A stretch of DNA of 64,000 nucleotides from Butyrivibrio sp. CAG:318 (GTDB lineage Bacteria > Bacillota > Clostridia > Lachnospirales > Lachnospiraceae), in assembly GCA_000431815.1 (NCBI GenBank), contig FR889219.1:422-64421 (forward strand). Direction: 5' to 3'. Below the pieces are notes generated by a model. It ran no database searches. It had not been told where the DNA came from and saw only the letters and a list, made by a program, of their open reading frames with translations. The stretch's first letter is position 1, and every line of letters begins with the position of its first letter. The position numbers and the translations under genes are program-made. Positions 28,246 through 37,344 of the stretch are shown here, in pieces.

Positions 28246-29070
28246 ATGATAGAATTAGGCAGAAAACAGGCCTTAATGGTCGTTAAAAAAACAGAGTTTG
28301 GCGTTTATCTCGGAACAGAAGACGATAAGGTGCTTCTTCCGGCCAAATATGCCGACCCGGATATTGAGGAAGGCGATTCAATGACAGTATTTGTCTACAG
28401 GGATTCGAAAGACAGGCTCATAGCCACCACACTTGAACCGCTCATAACTCTCGGCGAGGTAAAGCCTTTGAAAGTAAAACAGCTTACTAAAATCGGCGCA
28501 TTTATGGACTGGGGACTTGAGAAGGATCTCCTGCTTCCGTTTAGCGAGCAGACTTCAAGGGTTGAGGAAGGAAGAACCTATCCGGTCGCGCTTTATATTG
28601 ACAAGAGCGACAGACTGTGCGCCACCACAAAGATTTATCCGTACCTTAAGACAACGGACGCATACCACACAGGCGATGGCGTTAAGGGAACCGCATACGA
28701 ATACATTGAGAAATTCGGTATGTTTGTCGCAATAGACAATATGTATCAGGGTCTCATTCCCAAGAAAGCTCTTTATGGCAGAATACGCATAGGCGATGAA
28801 GTTAAAGCAACGGTATCCAAGGTCCAGCCTGACGGCAAGATAGAGCTGGCGTTACGCGCTCCGGCATATCTTCAGATAGATGATGATTCACAGGCTATTT
28901 TAAAGGCACTTGAAAAGGCGGGCGGACATCTGCCGTACAATGACAGAACGGATCCCGAGATAATTAAGAATGAGTTCGAGATGAGTAAAGCGGCATTTAA
29001 GCGTGCCTGCGGACATCTTCTCAAAGAAAAATATATACAAATCACGAATTCAGGAATAGACAGAATTTGA
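28246..29070 (+). CDS. CvfB/YitL-family S1 RNA-binding protein
   Basis: FGVYL, FVYRDSKDRLIATT, GAFMDWGLEKDLLLPFSEQ and MSKAAFKRA. Confidence 0.88.
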   Translation: MIELGRKQALMVVKKTEFGVYLGTEDDKVLLPAKYADPDIEEGDSMTVFVYRDSKDRLIATTLEPLITLGEVKPLKVKQLTKIGAFMDWGLEKDLLLPFSEQTSRVEEGRTYPVALYIDKSDRLCATTKIYPYLKTTDAYHTGDGVKGTAYEYIEKFGMFVAIDNMYQGLIPKKALYGRIRIGDEVKATVSKVQPDGKIELALRAPAYLQIDDDSQAILKALEKAGGHLPYNDRTDPEIIKNEFEMSKAAFKRACGHLLKEKYIQITNSGIDRI

Positions 29071-29089
29071 AAGGAGAATTGATTTAATT

Positions 29090-29464
29090 ATGTCAAAGGT
29101 AATCAGCACAGACAAGGCACCGGCAGCAATCGGACCTTATTCACAGGCAATCGAGGTTAACGGAATGGTATTCACATCAGGAGTCATCCCGGTAGACCCA
29201 CAGACGGGAGTTATTCCTGCAACAATAGAGGAACAGGCCAATCAGGCTTTCTCCAATCTTAAGAACCTCATCGAGGCATCAGGTGCCACAATCGACAAGG
29301 TAATCAAGACAACCGTATTCATCAAGGAGATGAATGATTTTGGCAAAATTAACGAGATATATGCAACATATTTCAAAGAACCTTTCCCAGCACGCTCATG
29401 CGTGGAAGTAGCAAGACTTCCAAAGGACGTAATGCTTGAGGTTGAGGCAGTCGTTGCCAAATAA
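29090..29464 (+). CDS. ridA: RidA enamine/imine deaminase
   Basis: APAAIGPYSQA and FPARSCVEVARLPKDV. Confidence 0.9.
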   Translation: MSKVISTDKAPAAIGPYSQAIEVNGMVFTSGVIPVDPQTGVIPATIEEQANQAFSNLKNLIEASGATIDKVIKTTVFIKEMNDFGKINEIYATYFKEPFPARSCVEVARLPKDVMLEVEAVVAK

Positions 29465-29476
29465 TAATAATCACTG

Positions 29477-29525
29477 AGCCGTCATACCGGACAATGCGTT
29501 GCAACCGGTATGGCGGCTTTTTTTT
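29477..29525 (+). terminator. intrinsic terminator
   Basis: AGCCGTCATACCGG...CCGGTATGGCGGCT followed by a T run. Confidence 0.85.
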
Positions 29526-29619
29526 GTGCCACTGCGCGGGTACAGGAGAAAGATATTTCTCTCTCCGCCTGTGACACAGCTCCACCCAGGCCCCCCAACC
29601 CTATACCCGGCCAACGAAT

Positions 29620-29758
29620 ACATGAACACCCCGACATAAGCCCACTGCGGCTGTCTGCACACGCCGGTGCTTAATCTTCCAAAGGCGGATTTTAGCATCC
29701 GTTGCGCGTGCAGTCAAGCAAGAGCGTGCCGCCAGAGGGCTTATGCGGGGGACCATGT
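29620..29758. repeat. ~140-nt GC-rich imperfect palindrome (REP/MITE-like or structured RNA)
   Basis: Nested pairings: CCCCGACATAAGCCC/GGGCTTATGCGGGG, CTGCGGC/GCCGCCAG, CTGCACACGC/GCGCGTGCAG and CGGTGCTTAATC/GATTTTAGCATCCG. Confidence 0.65.
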
Positions 29759-30117
29759 TATTTTGTTGAAGCTGTTTCGTATAAAGCTGTCACGATTTTT
29801 ATCACCGGAGGAATAATTTCCGGGGTTTTGATTAACATATCTGTTATGTGATTGATGTCATCAACTATGCTTCCGTCAAGAGAGGGTTCCCGGATGATAT
29901 GCATCTGGCAGTCCGGATTTAATGATGTTATGGGAATTCCGGTTACTTCTGATATGCGTGAAAGGAGAACATCGGACGGAATACGTCTGCCGCGTTCAAT
30001 CAGACCATAATATTTGGTGCTTATGCCAATAAGCTCTGCGGCCTGTTCCTGCGTAAGACCGGAATTCAGCCTGAATTGTGTGAGATTGTATGATAAATCA
30101 TTTCTAAGTGTATTCAT
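29758..30117 (-). CDS. XRE-family HTH transcriptional regulator
   Basis: LTQFRLNSGLTQEQAAELIGISTKYYGLIERGRRIPS; start reassigned to ATG 30117. Confidence 0.8.
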   Translation of the reverse strand: MNTLRNDLSYNLTQFRLNSGLTQEQAAELIGISTKYYGLIERGRRIPSDVLLSRISEVTGIPITSLNPDCQMHIIREPSLDGSIVDDINHITDMLIKTPEIIPPVIKIVTALYETASTK

Positions 30118-30235
30118 AGCCACATAATAATTAATAAAAGTATAAATTCCCACCATCATACAGTTCCTAAAACACGAAAAATATTTACTATGAGTGAAAA
30201 GTGAGATATAATCATATATAAAAAGGAGTAACAGA

Positions 30236-30514
30236 ATGTTTAACGGAAAGATGATTGCCCGCAATGGCATTGAAATACATGAAAATGATAAGCTGCGTGC
30301 AGTTTACCTGGAAAATGAACAGTTTGGAAATGATATTATTCTTGTTGGACCGGGAGGATTTGAAGGGTATCCGGATGTGATTCTGTATCTGGAATTGAAG
30401 GAATTTATGGCCGGAAACACATATTATTCAGATTACGAGATGGTTGTTTACGGTCAAAAAGAAGAGAACATATATAATGTTCTCCTCTTTGAGGGCAATC
30501 CGCGTACGGAATGA
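30236..30514 (+). CDS. hypothetical protein (92 aa, acidic)
   Basis: Strong RBS AAAGGAG; divergent from the XRE gene; no family recognised. Confidence 0.6.
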   Translation: MFNGKMIARNGIEIHENDKLRAVYLENEQFGNDIILVGPGGFEGYPDVILYLELKEFMAGNTYYSDYEMVVYGQKEENIYNVLLFEGNPRTE

Positions 30515-30521
30515 CCGCCTG

Positions 30522-30698
30522 CTATACGGAAACGTCAATATTGGCTCCGAGACCGGGGGTGACTGACATCTCCATCATTTTGCGAAGGCCGTCGCCTGCT
30601 GTCTCAAGGTCGTCGAGACTCATTGAGAGAACGCGGATAGATGCCTGATTAGCGACATCCGTCATTGCCATGGATGTGGAAAGTGCTGCAATATCCAT
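30522..30698 (-). CDS. YjfB-family putative motility protein
   Basis: MDIAALST.M......VLSMSLD......KMMEMSVTPGLGANIDVSV; RBS AAAGGAG. Confidence 0.8.
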   Translation of the reverse strand: MDIAALSTSMAMTDVANQASIRVLSMSLDDLETAGDGLRKMMEMSVTPGLGANIDVSV

Positions 30699-30763
30699 AT
30701 ACATAAGCTCCTTTCGCATTATGATCCGGAATATTTCCGGACTTTTTTAATTATACATTATAT

Positions 30764-30790
30764 ATTTCGGCATAACAATAATTTTATTCA
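30764..30790 (-). promoter_or_regulatory. sigma-28 (SigD/FliA) promoter for the yjfB-like gene
   Basis: Minus strand TGAA-N15-GCCGAAAT versus consensus TAAA-N15-GCCGATAA. Confidence 0.6.
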
Positions 30791-30861
30791 ACAAATCGGC
30801 ATATAGAACAGCACATTTCTGTCAATAATTACCGGTATGGAATGTATCGGGAGGCGATTGC

Positions 30862-31695
30862 GTGAAAAGATATATCAGATATCCGGTAATTATGGCCGGC
30901 GCGGCACTTATGGGATTTGCAGTAAAAAACATCTATGATCCGGCGGGGATTGTTACCGGAGGATTTGCCGGAATAGCTATAATAGCGGCCGGACTTAAGG
31001 CGGTGCCTCTGTGGGTGACCAATATGGCACTTAATGTACCGCTTTTTATTATGGCATGGCGGATGCTGGGACAAAAGATAATTGTCCGTTCGCTGATTGC
31101 GGTTGTGATATATTCGGCATCAATGGCGGTATCGCCCGAGATTACATGGTTTGCGGAAGATATTTTCATATCGGCGGCTGTGGGAGGCCTGACTACGGGG
31201 CTTGGCATGGGACTGGTGCTTTATGCGGGAGGCACATCGGGAGGAGTTGACATGTTAGCTACTTTAATCTGCCATTTTACACATAAAGTCAGACTGCAAT
31301 GGGTAATTTTTGCGGCGGATGCGCTCATAATATGTGCCGGTGCATATGTGTTTGGCGCAGTGAATGCGGTGTATGCCGTGATTTCTGCATTTGCTGCGAG
31401 TTATGTATCAGGCAGGATAATAGTCGGTCCGGCGTCATCCCGCGCAGTTCTGATAATAAGCGGGCACAGCACTGAAATTGCCGGACAGATAATGAACACA
31501 ACAGGCCGCGGCGTAACCGGAATAGATGGGACAGGGATGTATACCGGCCATGAGGGCAGACTGCTGTTGTGTATAGCATCGTCGCGTGAGATAGCGGACA
31601 TAAAGGACATTATTTACAGTGTAGACACGGAGGCTTTTGTGACGGTAAGCAATGTATCGGAAGTTTTGGGAGAAGGATTTGTGAAAATAAAATGA
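30862..31695 (+). CDS. YitT-family membrane protein
   Basis: TGGFAGIA, LNVPLF, GGTSGGVD, RGVT.IDG.GMYT and AFVTVSNVSEVLGEGF. Confidence 0.88.
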   Translation: MKRYIRYPVIMAGAALMGFAVKNIYDPAGIVTGGFAGIAIIAAGLKAVPLWVTNMALNVPLFIMAWRMLGQKIIVRSLIAVVIYSASMAVSPEITWFAEDIFISAAVGGLTTGLGMGLVLYAGGTSGGVDMLATLICHFTHKVRLQWVIFAADALIICAGAYVFGAVNAVYAVISAFAASYVSGRIIVGPASSRAVLIISGHSTEIAGQIMNTTGRGVTGIDGTGMYTGHEGRLLLCIASSREIADIKDIIYSVDTEAFVTVSNVSEVLGEGFVKIK

Positions 31696-31896
31696 TTTTG
31701 TGAAATGTGCCAACAAAACGACACCATTTTTGTGAAACTTGCTGTCAAATCTAAAAAAAAAATAAACTGGTATTGAAATTGCACAATTATAAAAAATTTT
31801 TTTGGTAATTTACAATATGGCATAAAAAGGGACAAAAGTGTATTATTATTAGAGTAAACAAGTGTAAATCACTTAATTATTTTCTAGGAGGAAGTT

Positions 31897-33009
31897 ATGG
31901 CAAGTTTATCACTTAAAAATATTTGTAAGGTATATCCTAACGGATTCGTAGCCGTTAAAGATTTCAATCTTGATATCGCAGATAAGGAGTTCATCATCTT
32001 CGTTGGACCTTCAGGATGCGGTAAATCAACAACACTTCGTATGATCGCAGGTCTTGAGGAGATTACATCCGGTGAGCTCTGGATCGGAGATAAGTTAGTA
32101 AATGATGTAGAGCCTAAGGACAGAGATATCGCAATGGTATTCCAGAACTACGCTCTTTATCCTCATATGACAGTATATGACAACATGTCATTCGGTCTTA
32201 AGCTTCGTAAAGTACCTAAGGCAGAAATCGACAAGCTCGTTCATTCAGCAGCTAAGATTCTTGGCATTGAGCAGCTCCTTGATCGTAAGCCAAAGGCTCT
32301 TTCAGGTGGACAGAGACAGCGAGTTGCCATGGGTCGTGCAATCGTTCGTAATCCTAAGGTATTCCTTATGGATGAGCCTCTTTCAAACCTCGATGCAAAG
32401 CTCCGTGTTCAGATGCGTATTGAGATCCAGAAGCTTCATCAGAGACTTCAGGCAACAATCATCTATGTAACACATGACCAGACAGAGGCTATGACACTTG
32501 GTACCAGAATCGTTGTTCTTAAGGACGGCGTTATCCAGCAGGTAGATACACCTCAGAACCTCTACGATAAGCCAAACAACGTATTCGTTGCAGGATTCAT
32601 CGGATCACCTCAGATGAACCTTCTTGATGCTAAGGTTGTTCAGTCAGGATCAGATGTAGTTCTTATGTTCGGAAGCAATTCAATCAAGCTTCCTGAAGCT
32701 AAGGCTAAGACACTTGTAGATGCAGGTTATGTTGATAAGACAGTTATCATGGGTATTCGTCCGGAAGATCTCTATGATACAGAGATGTTCATCAGCACAA
32801 GCCCTGACAGCGTAATCGATGTTGATATTAAGGTATACGAGCTTCTCGGTGCCGAAGTATTCCTTTACTTCGATATTGACAACGTAAGCTGTACAGCACG
32901 AGTTAATCCTCGTACAACTGCTCGTCCTGGCGATACTATCAAGCTTGCACTTGATATGACTAAGCTCCATATCTTTGATAAGGAGACAGAGCAGGTAGTT
33001 CTTCACTAA
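31897..33009 (+). CDS. msmX: multiple-sugar ABC transporter ATPase (MsmX/UgpC family)
   Basis: GPSGCGKS, VFQNYALYPH, LSGGQRQR, DEPLSNLD and FVAGFIGSP; codon usage looks like a highly expressed gene. Confidence 0.9.
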   Translation: MASLSLKNICKVYPNGFVAVKDFNLDIADKEFIIFVGPSGCGKSTTLRMIAGLEEITSGELWIGDKLVNDVEPKDRDIAMVFQNYALYPHMTVYDNMSFGLKLRKVPKAEIDKLVHSAAKILGIEQLLDRKPKALSGGQRQRVAMGRAIVRNPKVFLMDEPLSNLDAKLRVQMRIEIQKLHQRLQATIIYVTHDQTEAMTLGTRIVVLKDGVIQQVDTPQNLYDKPNNVFVAGFIGSPQMNLLDAKVVQSGSDVVLMFGSNSIKLPEAKAKTLVDAGYVDKTVIMGIRPEDLYDTEMFISTSPDSVIDVDIKVYELLGAEVFLYFDIDNVSCTARVNPRTTARPGDTIKLALDMTKLHIFDKETEQVVLH

Positions 33010-33176
33010 TTGATGGCGGATATATTCACATTTGAAGTGGGAAATAAGAATGTGAATGAATATATATAATTTAAGGATATTAGCCGGTAAGGCTGAGGGT
33101 ACATGGCTGTTAGCGTAAATGTCAGCAGATAAGAGGAAATAACGGATAAGGCGTAATATAATTACACATGAACGTT

Positions 33177-33216
33177 AACAACCATTCCCCGGCGGAGCCG
33201 GAGAATGGTTGTTTTT
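33177..33216 (+). terminator. intrinsic terminator
   Basis: AACAACCATTC-CCCGGCGGAGCCGGA-GAATGGTTGTT followed by a T tail. Confidence 0.75.
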
Positions 33217-33319
33217 ATATACAATATTAATCCATATAAAGTGTACAAGGAAGGAGAGAGGATATTCAATCGGTACAGTGGGAGAAATATAATAAATTTT
33301 AATTTCAGGAGGATATCTT

Positions 33320-33727
33320 ATGAGGAAATTTACAGCTTTCTTAACAACAGCAGTAATTGTGGCATGTAGTTTGATGCCATGCATGGGTTCTAATTCAGGG
33401 AAATATTCACTTAGGTATGCACAGAATGCACCGGGAGATGTAAATGTGCTGACAGCGGATTTGAATCTTGAATCGTCAGCTAAGAGCAGTGTGACAATTA
33501 AGTCAACTAAATTTACAACATACATAACAGGAGCTTCTGCTGATGCTTATTCAATATTTAATGGGAAAACATCCAAAACACAGGTTATGAACAGGGTTGG
33601 AACATACGCCATTGATTATCCTGGGATTTCGCAACCGAAAACAGGTGCCCCAGTTAAGGTACATATAGAACTTTCTGATTATGTGCCATCGCGTGGAGTA
33701 ATAGCACAGGGAACGGTATCGTTGTAA
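33320..33727 (+). CDS. small secreted hypothetical protein
   Basis: RBS AGGAGG; signal-peptide-like N-terminus; beta-rich, basic mature part. Confidence 0.75.
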   Translation: MRKFTAFLTTAVIVACSLMPCMGSNSGKYSLRYAQNAPGDVNVLTADLNLESSAKSSVTIKSTKFTTYITGASADAYSIFNGKTSKTQVMNRVGTYAIDYPGISQPKTGAPVKVHIELSDYVPSRGVIAQGTVSL

Positions 33728-33740
33728 GGAGTGTGATTTT

Positions 33741-34901
33741 ATGAAAAAAGGTACTTTGGGATATTGCATTATAGCGGGTGTATTAATTATTGGATGTGCC
33801 GTGTTCTTTATAGGCCGGAAAATTAGGAACAGACAAGAGAAAACAGATACAGCAGGAATCGTCGAATCAGAAGACACACTGGTAGATATATCAGAAGCGT
33901 ACGATGTAGACGAATTACTGGCATCGGATTATGACAACATCGAACTTCCATCATCACTTGATGTTGAGAAAGTGGAGGCTGTCAGCAATGTGATTCTCAA
34001 AGTACCTGATTATGAAGAACAGAATAAGAAACTAGATATAAAGTTCTTTCAGGATAATCTTCAGAAAATGGGATACAAATATGATGAACAGTATGTTATT
34101 GATGACAAAGGTAAGACATACCCATATGGAAGATACTACAATGACGAAAAATTATCTGCCTACATAGCAACAGGTTGCACAGGTTTTTTCGTAGTGGATT
34201 CAATAAATACATATGATTATGAGACAGTGGAAGAATTTTATGTGGATGCTCCGTATGAGGATGATGAACATGAAATCATTGGTGGTTCCATGAAAGTATC
34301 TGAAGCGGTTGAAATGTATGAAAAGCTTGAGACGGAATGTATAGCGGAACTGGGATATGACATACCGGTACCGAAGGTATTCAGAGTAAGGATTGTTAAA
34401 AATGAGAATCAGCAATTGAGATATGAGATGGATACACGGATGAGCTACAATGGAGTTCCTGTGATTGGGGTCGGTGACAAGTATTCAAGAAGTGGATTCG
34501 GATATGAAGTGTTAAAGGGAACTTCGTCAGGAACAGTTTCCGGAAAGAAGATTACAGACGGAATCAAAGTGTCATACTATGGATTTCCCACGGAATATGT
34601 TTCGGATACACCTATAGATAAAGTTATAAGTGTAAAGAAAGCATGCGATTTGGTTAATGTTAAACTGTCGGCATATAGGAAAAATAAACTCTTAAATGTG
34701 AAAATGGAATATCTGCCGTTTTTTGAAAAAGAAACCGACGAAGAGAATCACAGTGGCATTGAATGGACAGGACTTCAATCGGGAAATAAGTTCAGACTAA
34801 AGCCATACTGGGTATTCGTTTTTGACAGTACCACTGACAATGAAATAATAGGGCTTGTAGATTGTGTGACGGGAGAGGTAGGACTTGTATATAATCAGTG
34901 A
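33741..34901 (+). CDS. membrane-anchored extracellular hypothetical protein
   Basis: RBS AAGGAG; single N-terminal TM; acidic ectodomain ending PYWVF...GLVDCVTGEV. Confidence 0.8.
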   Translation: MKKGTLGYCIIAGVLIIGCAVFFIGRKIRNRQEKTDTAGIVESEDTLVDISEAYDVDELLASDYDNIELPSSLDVEKVEAVSNVILKVPDYEEQNKKLDIKFFQDNLQKMGYKYDEQYVIDDKGKTYPYGRYYNDEKLSAYIATGCTGFFVVDSINTYDYETVEEFYVDAPYEDDEHEIIGGSMKVSEAVEMYEKLETECIAELGYDIPVPKVFRVRIVKNENQQLRYEMDTRMSYNGVPVIGVGDKYSRSGFGYEVLKGTSSGTVSGKKITDGIKVSYYGFPTEYVSDTPIDKVISVKKACDLVNVKLSAYRKNKLLNVKMEYLPFFEKETDEENHSGIEWTGLQSGNKFRLKPYWVFVFDSTTDNEIIGLVDCVTGEVGLVYNQ

Positions 34902-35706
34902 TTTTTTAAAAATTTTATTATCAAGAATTAAACAGATTATAAGTGGAACGGTGTTCTGGGCCTGCACAGGATGCGTACTGTTGTTGTGTTTTACCGCAAC
35001 CGGGTATATGGATGGAAATACCAGTTATAGTGTTATTGAAACCATAATAAGAATACCGGTTTCACAGTATGCTGACATTCCGTCATTGTCGTGGAATTCG
35101 ATTTTTACGGTGGGACTTTATGGATATGTGACGCTTTTTCTCCCTGCGGTTGCATCACTGCCGTATGTAATGACCGTTGTAATGGACAGGCGGAGCCATA
35201 TGCTCAGAATGAGACTGATGCGTAATCAGTATGGACCGTACATAGCGGCCGAAAGTGCGGCTGCGCTGGTATCGTCGGGAATTCTGGTCACTATAGGATA
35301 TGTGGCTTATGGAATAATAACATTTATGATATTTCCGCACGGAGCGGGTACGTTTACGTTTGCGGATATAGCTAAGGTTATCGGGGGCACGTTCTGGTAT
35401 GGGATGGATGTGAGTGCGATGGCGTTGGTACTCAGTGCATTTGTTACCAATGAATATGTAATAGTTACGGTGCCATTTATGATTATTTATATAATTGGCG
35501 TTATTTCCAATAAAGTATTTTCTTCAACAAATATTCCGGAACAGGTAAGCCGCATTGTTATGGCTGTTTCTCCGGAAATGCTGGCAGTCATAGGCAGGGC
35601 TGCTGATAATGCGAAATATATTATCATAGTGCATGTTATATATATGGTAATATGCATTGCGCTATATTACATAATTAGAAAAAGGAGGATGGATTATGGA
35701 AACTAG
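34885..35706 (+). CDS. ABC-2-type permease-like membrane protein
   Basis: About 6 hydrophobic helices; overlaps both neighbours; upstream of an ABC ATPase. Confidence 0.7.
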   Translation: MYIISDFLKILLSRIKQIISGTVFWACTGCVLLLCFTATGYMDGNTSYSVIETIIRIPVSQYADIPSLSWNSIFTVGLYGYVTLFLPAVASLPYVMTVVMDRRSHMLRMRLMRNQYGPYIAAESAAALVSSGILVTIGYVAYGIITFMIFPHGAGTFTFADIAKVIGGTFWYGMDVSAMALVLSAFVTNEYVIVTVPFMIIYIIGVISNKVFSSTNIPEQVSRIVMAVSPEMLAVIGRAADNAKYIIIVHVIYMVICIALYYIIRKRRMDYGN

Positions 35707-36565
35707 TACTTTTTCCTTCAAAAAAAGTTTTAAATTCGCCTCCTCGGAATATGTTCACTGGATTACTAATCCTAAATTGATCATATTGTCGATGCTGATT
35801 GTTTTTATATATGAGTTCGATATAAGGCCGTTAGTTGATGCGGCAGCGCTTATGAATGTCAAACTGTCAATATTGGAACCGTTTGTGACAATCGGAAGCA
35901 GCGGAGTGATAATGATGATACTTCCGATAATGTACCTTGTGATAATGGCTGGATATCCGCGCTCGCAGGCAGGTGACTGGTTCTATGTAATCAGGCTCGG
36001 CAGGATCAACTGGGGTGTCGGACAGATATTGTTCGGAGTAATGACAATCATTACATATGTCACGTTTATCGCTTTATGTACGATGGTTCCGGTTTTGTGG
36101 CGGGCGGATTACAGTGTGCAGTGGAGCGATGTGGCTAAGAAATATACACTGATGTTTCCTGATAAAATAGGGGATTTTACATCGGGACTTCTTCCGAAGA
36201 ATCTGTACAATCAGATGCCGCTTGGCAAAGCCGTGATACATACATATCTGTTTTTTATGCTGTATCTGCTGTTATTATTGCTGGTAATGCTGGTGTTCAG
36301 CCTGGAGGGACACAGGGCGGCCGGGTTCATAACAGCGTGTGTCATCGTGGCGGCGGGAACAGCGTTATGTTCAGTCAAGTCACCGGCAATGTGGGTGTTT
36401 CCGATGGCACAGTCGGTTGTGTGGCTTCATTTTACAGAATTTTTCCGTAAGAGGATTGTGGAACTGTACGAATCATATATGTATTTCGGTGTGATCAACG
36501 CGGTACTTATCACATTGATATTACAGAGAATGTCAAAACACAGATATCTTGATGTTGAAGTGTAA
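35696..36565 (+). CDS. ABC-2-type permease-like membrane protein
   Basis: About 6 TM, YVIRLGRINW loop, RBS AGGAGG. Confidence 0.7.
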   Translation: METSTFSFKKSFKFASSEYVHWITNPKLIILSMLIVFIYEFDIRPLVDAAALMNVKLSILEPFVTIGSSGVIMMILPIMYLVIMAGYPRSQAGDWFYVIRLGRINWGVGQILFGVMTIITYVTFIALCTMVPVLWRADYSVQWSDVAKKYTLMFPDKIGDFTSGLLPKNLYNQMPLGKAVIHTYLFFMLYLLLLLLVMLVFSLEGHRAAGFITACVIVAAGTALCSVKSPAMWVFPMAQSVVWLHFTEFFRKRIVELYESYMYFGVINAVLITLILQRMSKHRYLDVEV

Positions 36566-36570
36566 GTGAG

Positions 36571-37230
36571 GTGAACCGAATGGATAAAGTAATAAATGTT
36601 GAGAACGCGTGTCTTACAATTAATAAAAATGTAATATTAGATAACATAGACTTTGAAGCCGGAGAAGGTGAGATAGTCGGAATAGTCGGACGCAACGGAA
36701 GCGGCAAGACAATGCTTATGAAGTGCATATGCGGATTTATTCCGCTTACCTCCGGACGTATAACGGTTGACGGCAAAGAAATAGGAAAGGATGTTGATTT
36801 TCCGGCTTCGACCGGCGTTATCATTGAAACTCCGGGTTTTGTGCCTTATTACACGGGATTTCATAATCTGAAAATATTATCTGAAATCGGAACAAGGATT
36901 CCGGACGAGCGTATTAAAGAGGCGATGAAATTAGTGGGGCTGGATCCCGGACTTAAGAGGCATGTTGGTAAATACAGCCTTGGAATGAGACAGCGGCTCG
37001 GAATTGCACAGGCGATAATGGAGGACCAGAGAATATTGATACTGGATGAACCGTTTAACGGACTGGACGCCGACGGTGTCGTAGATATCCGCAGACTGCT
37101 CCTTGAATATAAGGAACAGGGCAGGACGGTGTTGATAGCATCACATATTGCACAGGATATTAATATCTTATGTGACAAAACAATATTCCTGAATAAGGGA
37201 AAGATAAGTGAGCAGGAAGCACTCAGGTAA
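36571..37230 (+). CDS. ABC transporter ATP-binding protein
   Basis: GRNGSGKT, YSLGMRQRLG, LILDEPFNGLD and ASH. Confidence 0.9.
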   Translation: MNRMDKVINVENACLTINKNVILDNIDFEAGEGEIVGIVGRNGSGKTMLMKCICGFIPLTSGRITVDGKEIGKDVDFPASTGVIIETPGFVPYYTGFHNLKILSEIGTRIPDERIKEAMKLVGLDPGLKRHVGKYSLGMRQRLGIAQAIMEDQRILILDEPFNGLDADGVVDIRRLLLEYKEQGRTVLIASHIAQDINILCDKTIFLNKGKISEQEALR

Positions 37231-37238
37231 TAATATAT

Positions 37239-37290
37239 GGCAGATGCAATGGGAAAATTAATTCTTTTTTGCATTTGCCCTTTTTTTTTT
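37239..37290 (+). terminator. intrinsic terminator of the ABC cassette
   Basis: GGCAGATGCAA...TTGCATTTGCC followed by T10. Confidence 0.65.
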
Positions 37291-37344
37291 CACAATTTTG
37301 TTTTACAATAAATAATAGTATGTAGAATGCAAAGGAGTGGGCAG

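Noticed and set aside
29620..29758. Rod-shaped element as 6S RNA or SRP RNA
   Set aside because: Shorter than 6S with no symmetric central bubble, no SRP GNRA/AGCAG motif recognised, and no clear promoter.
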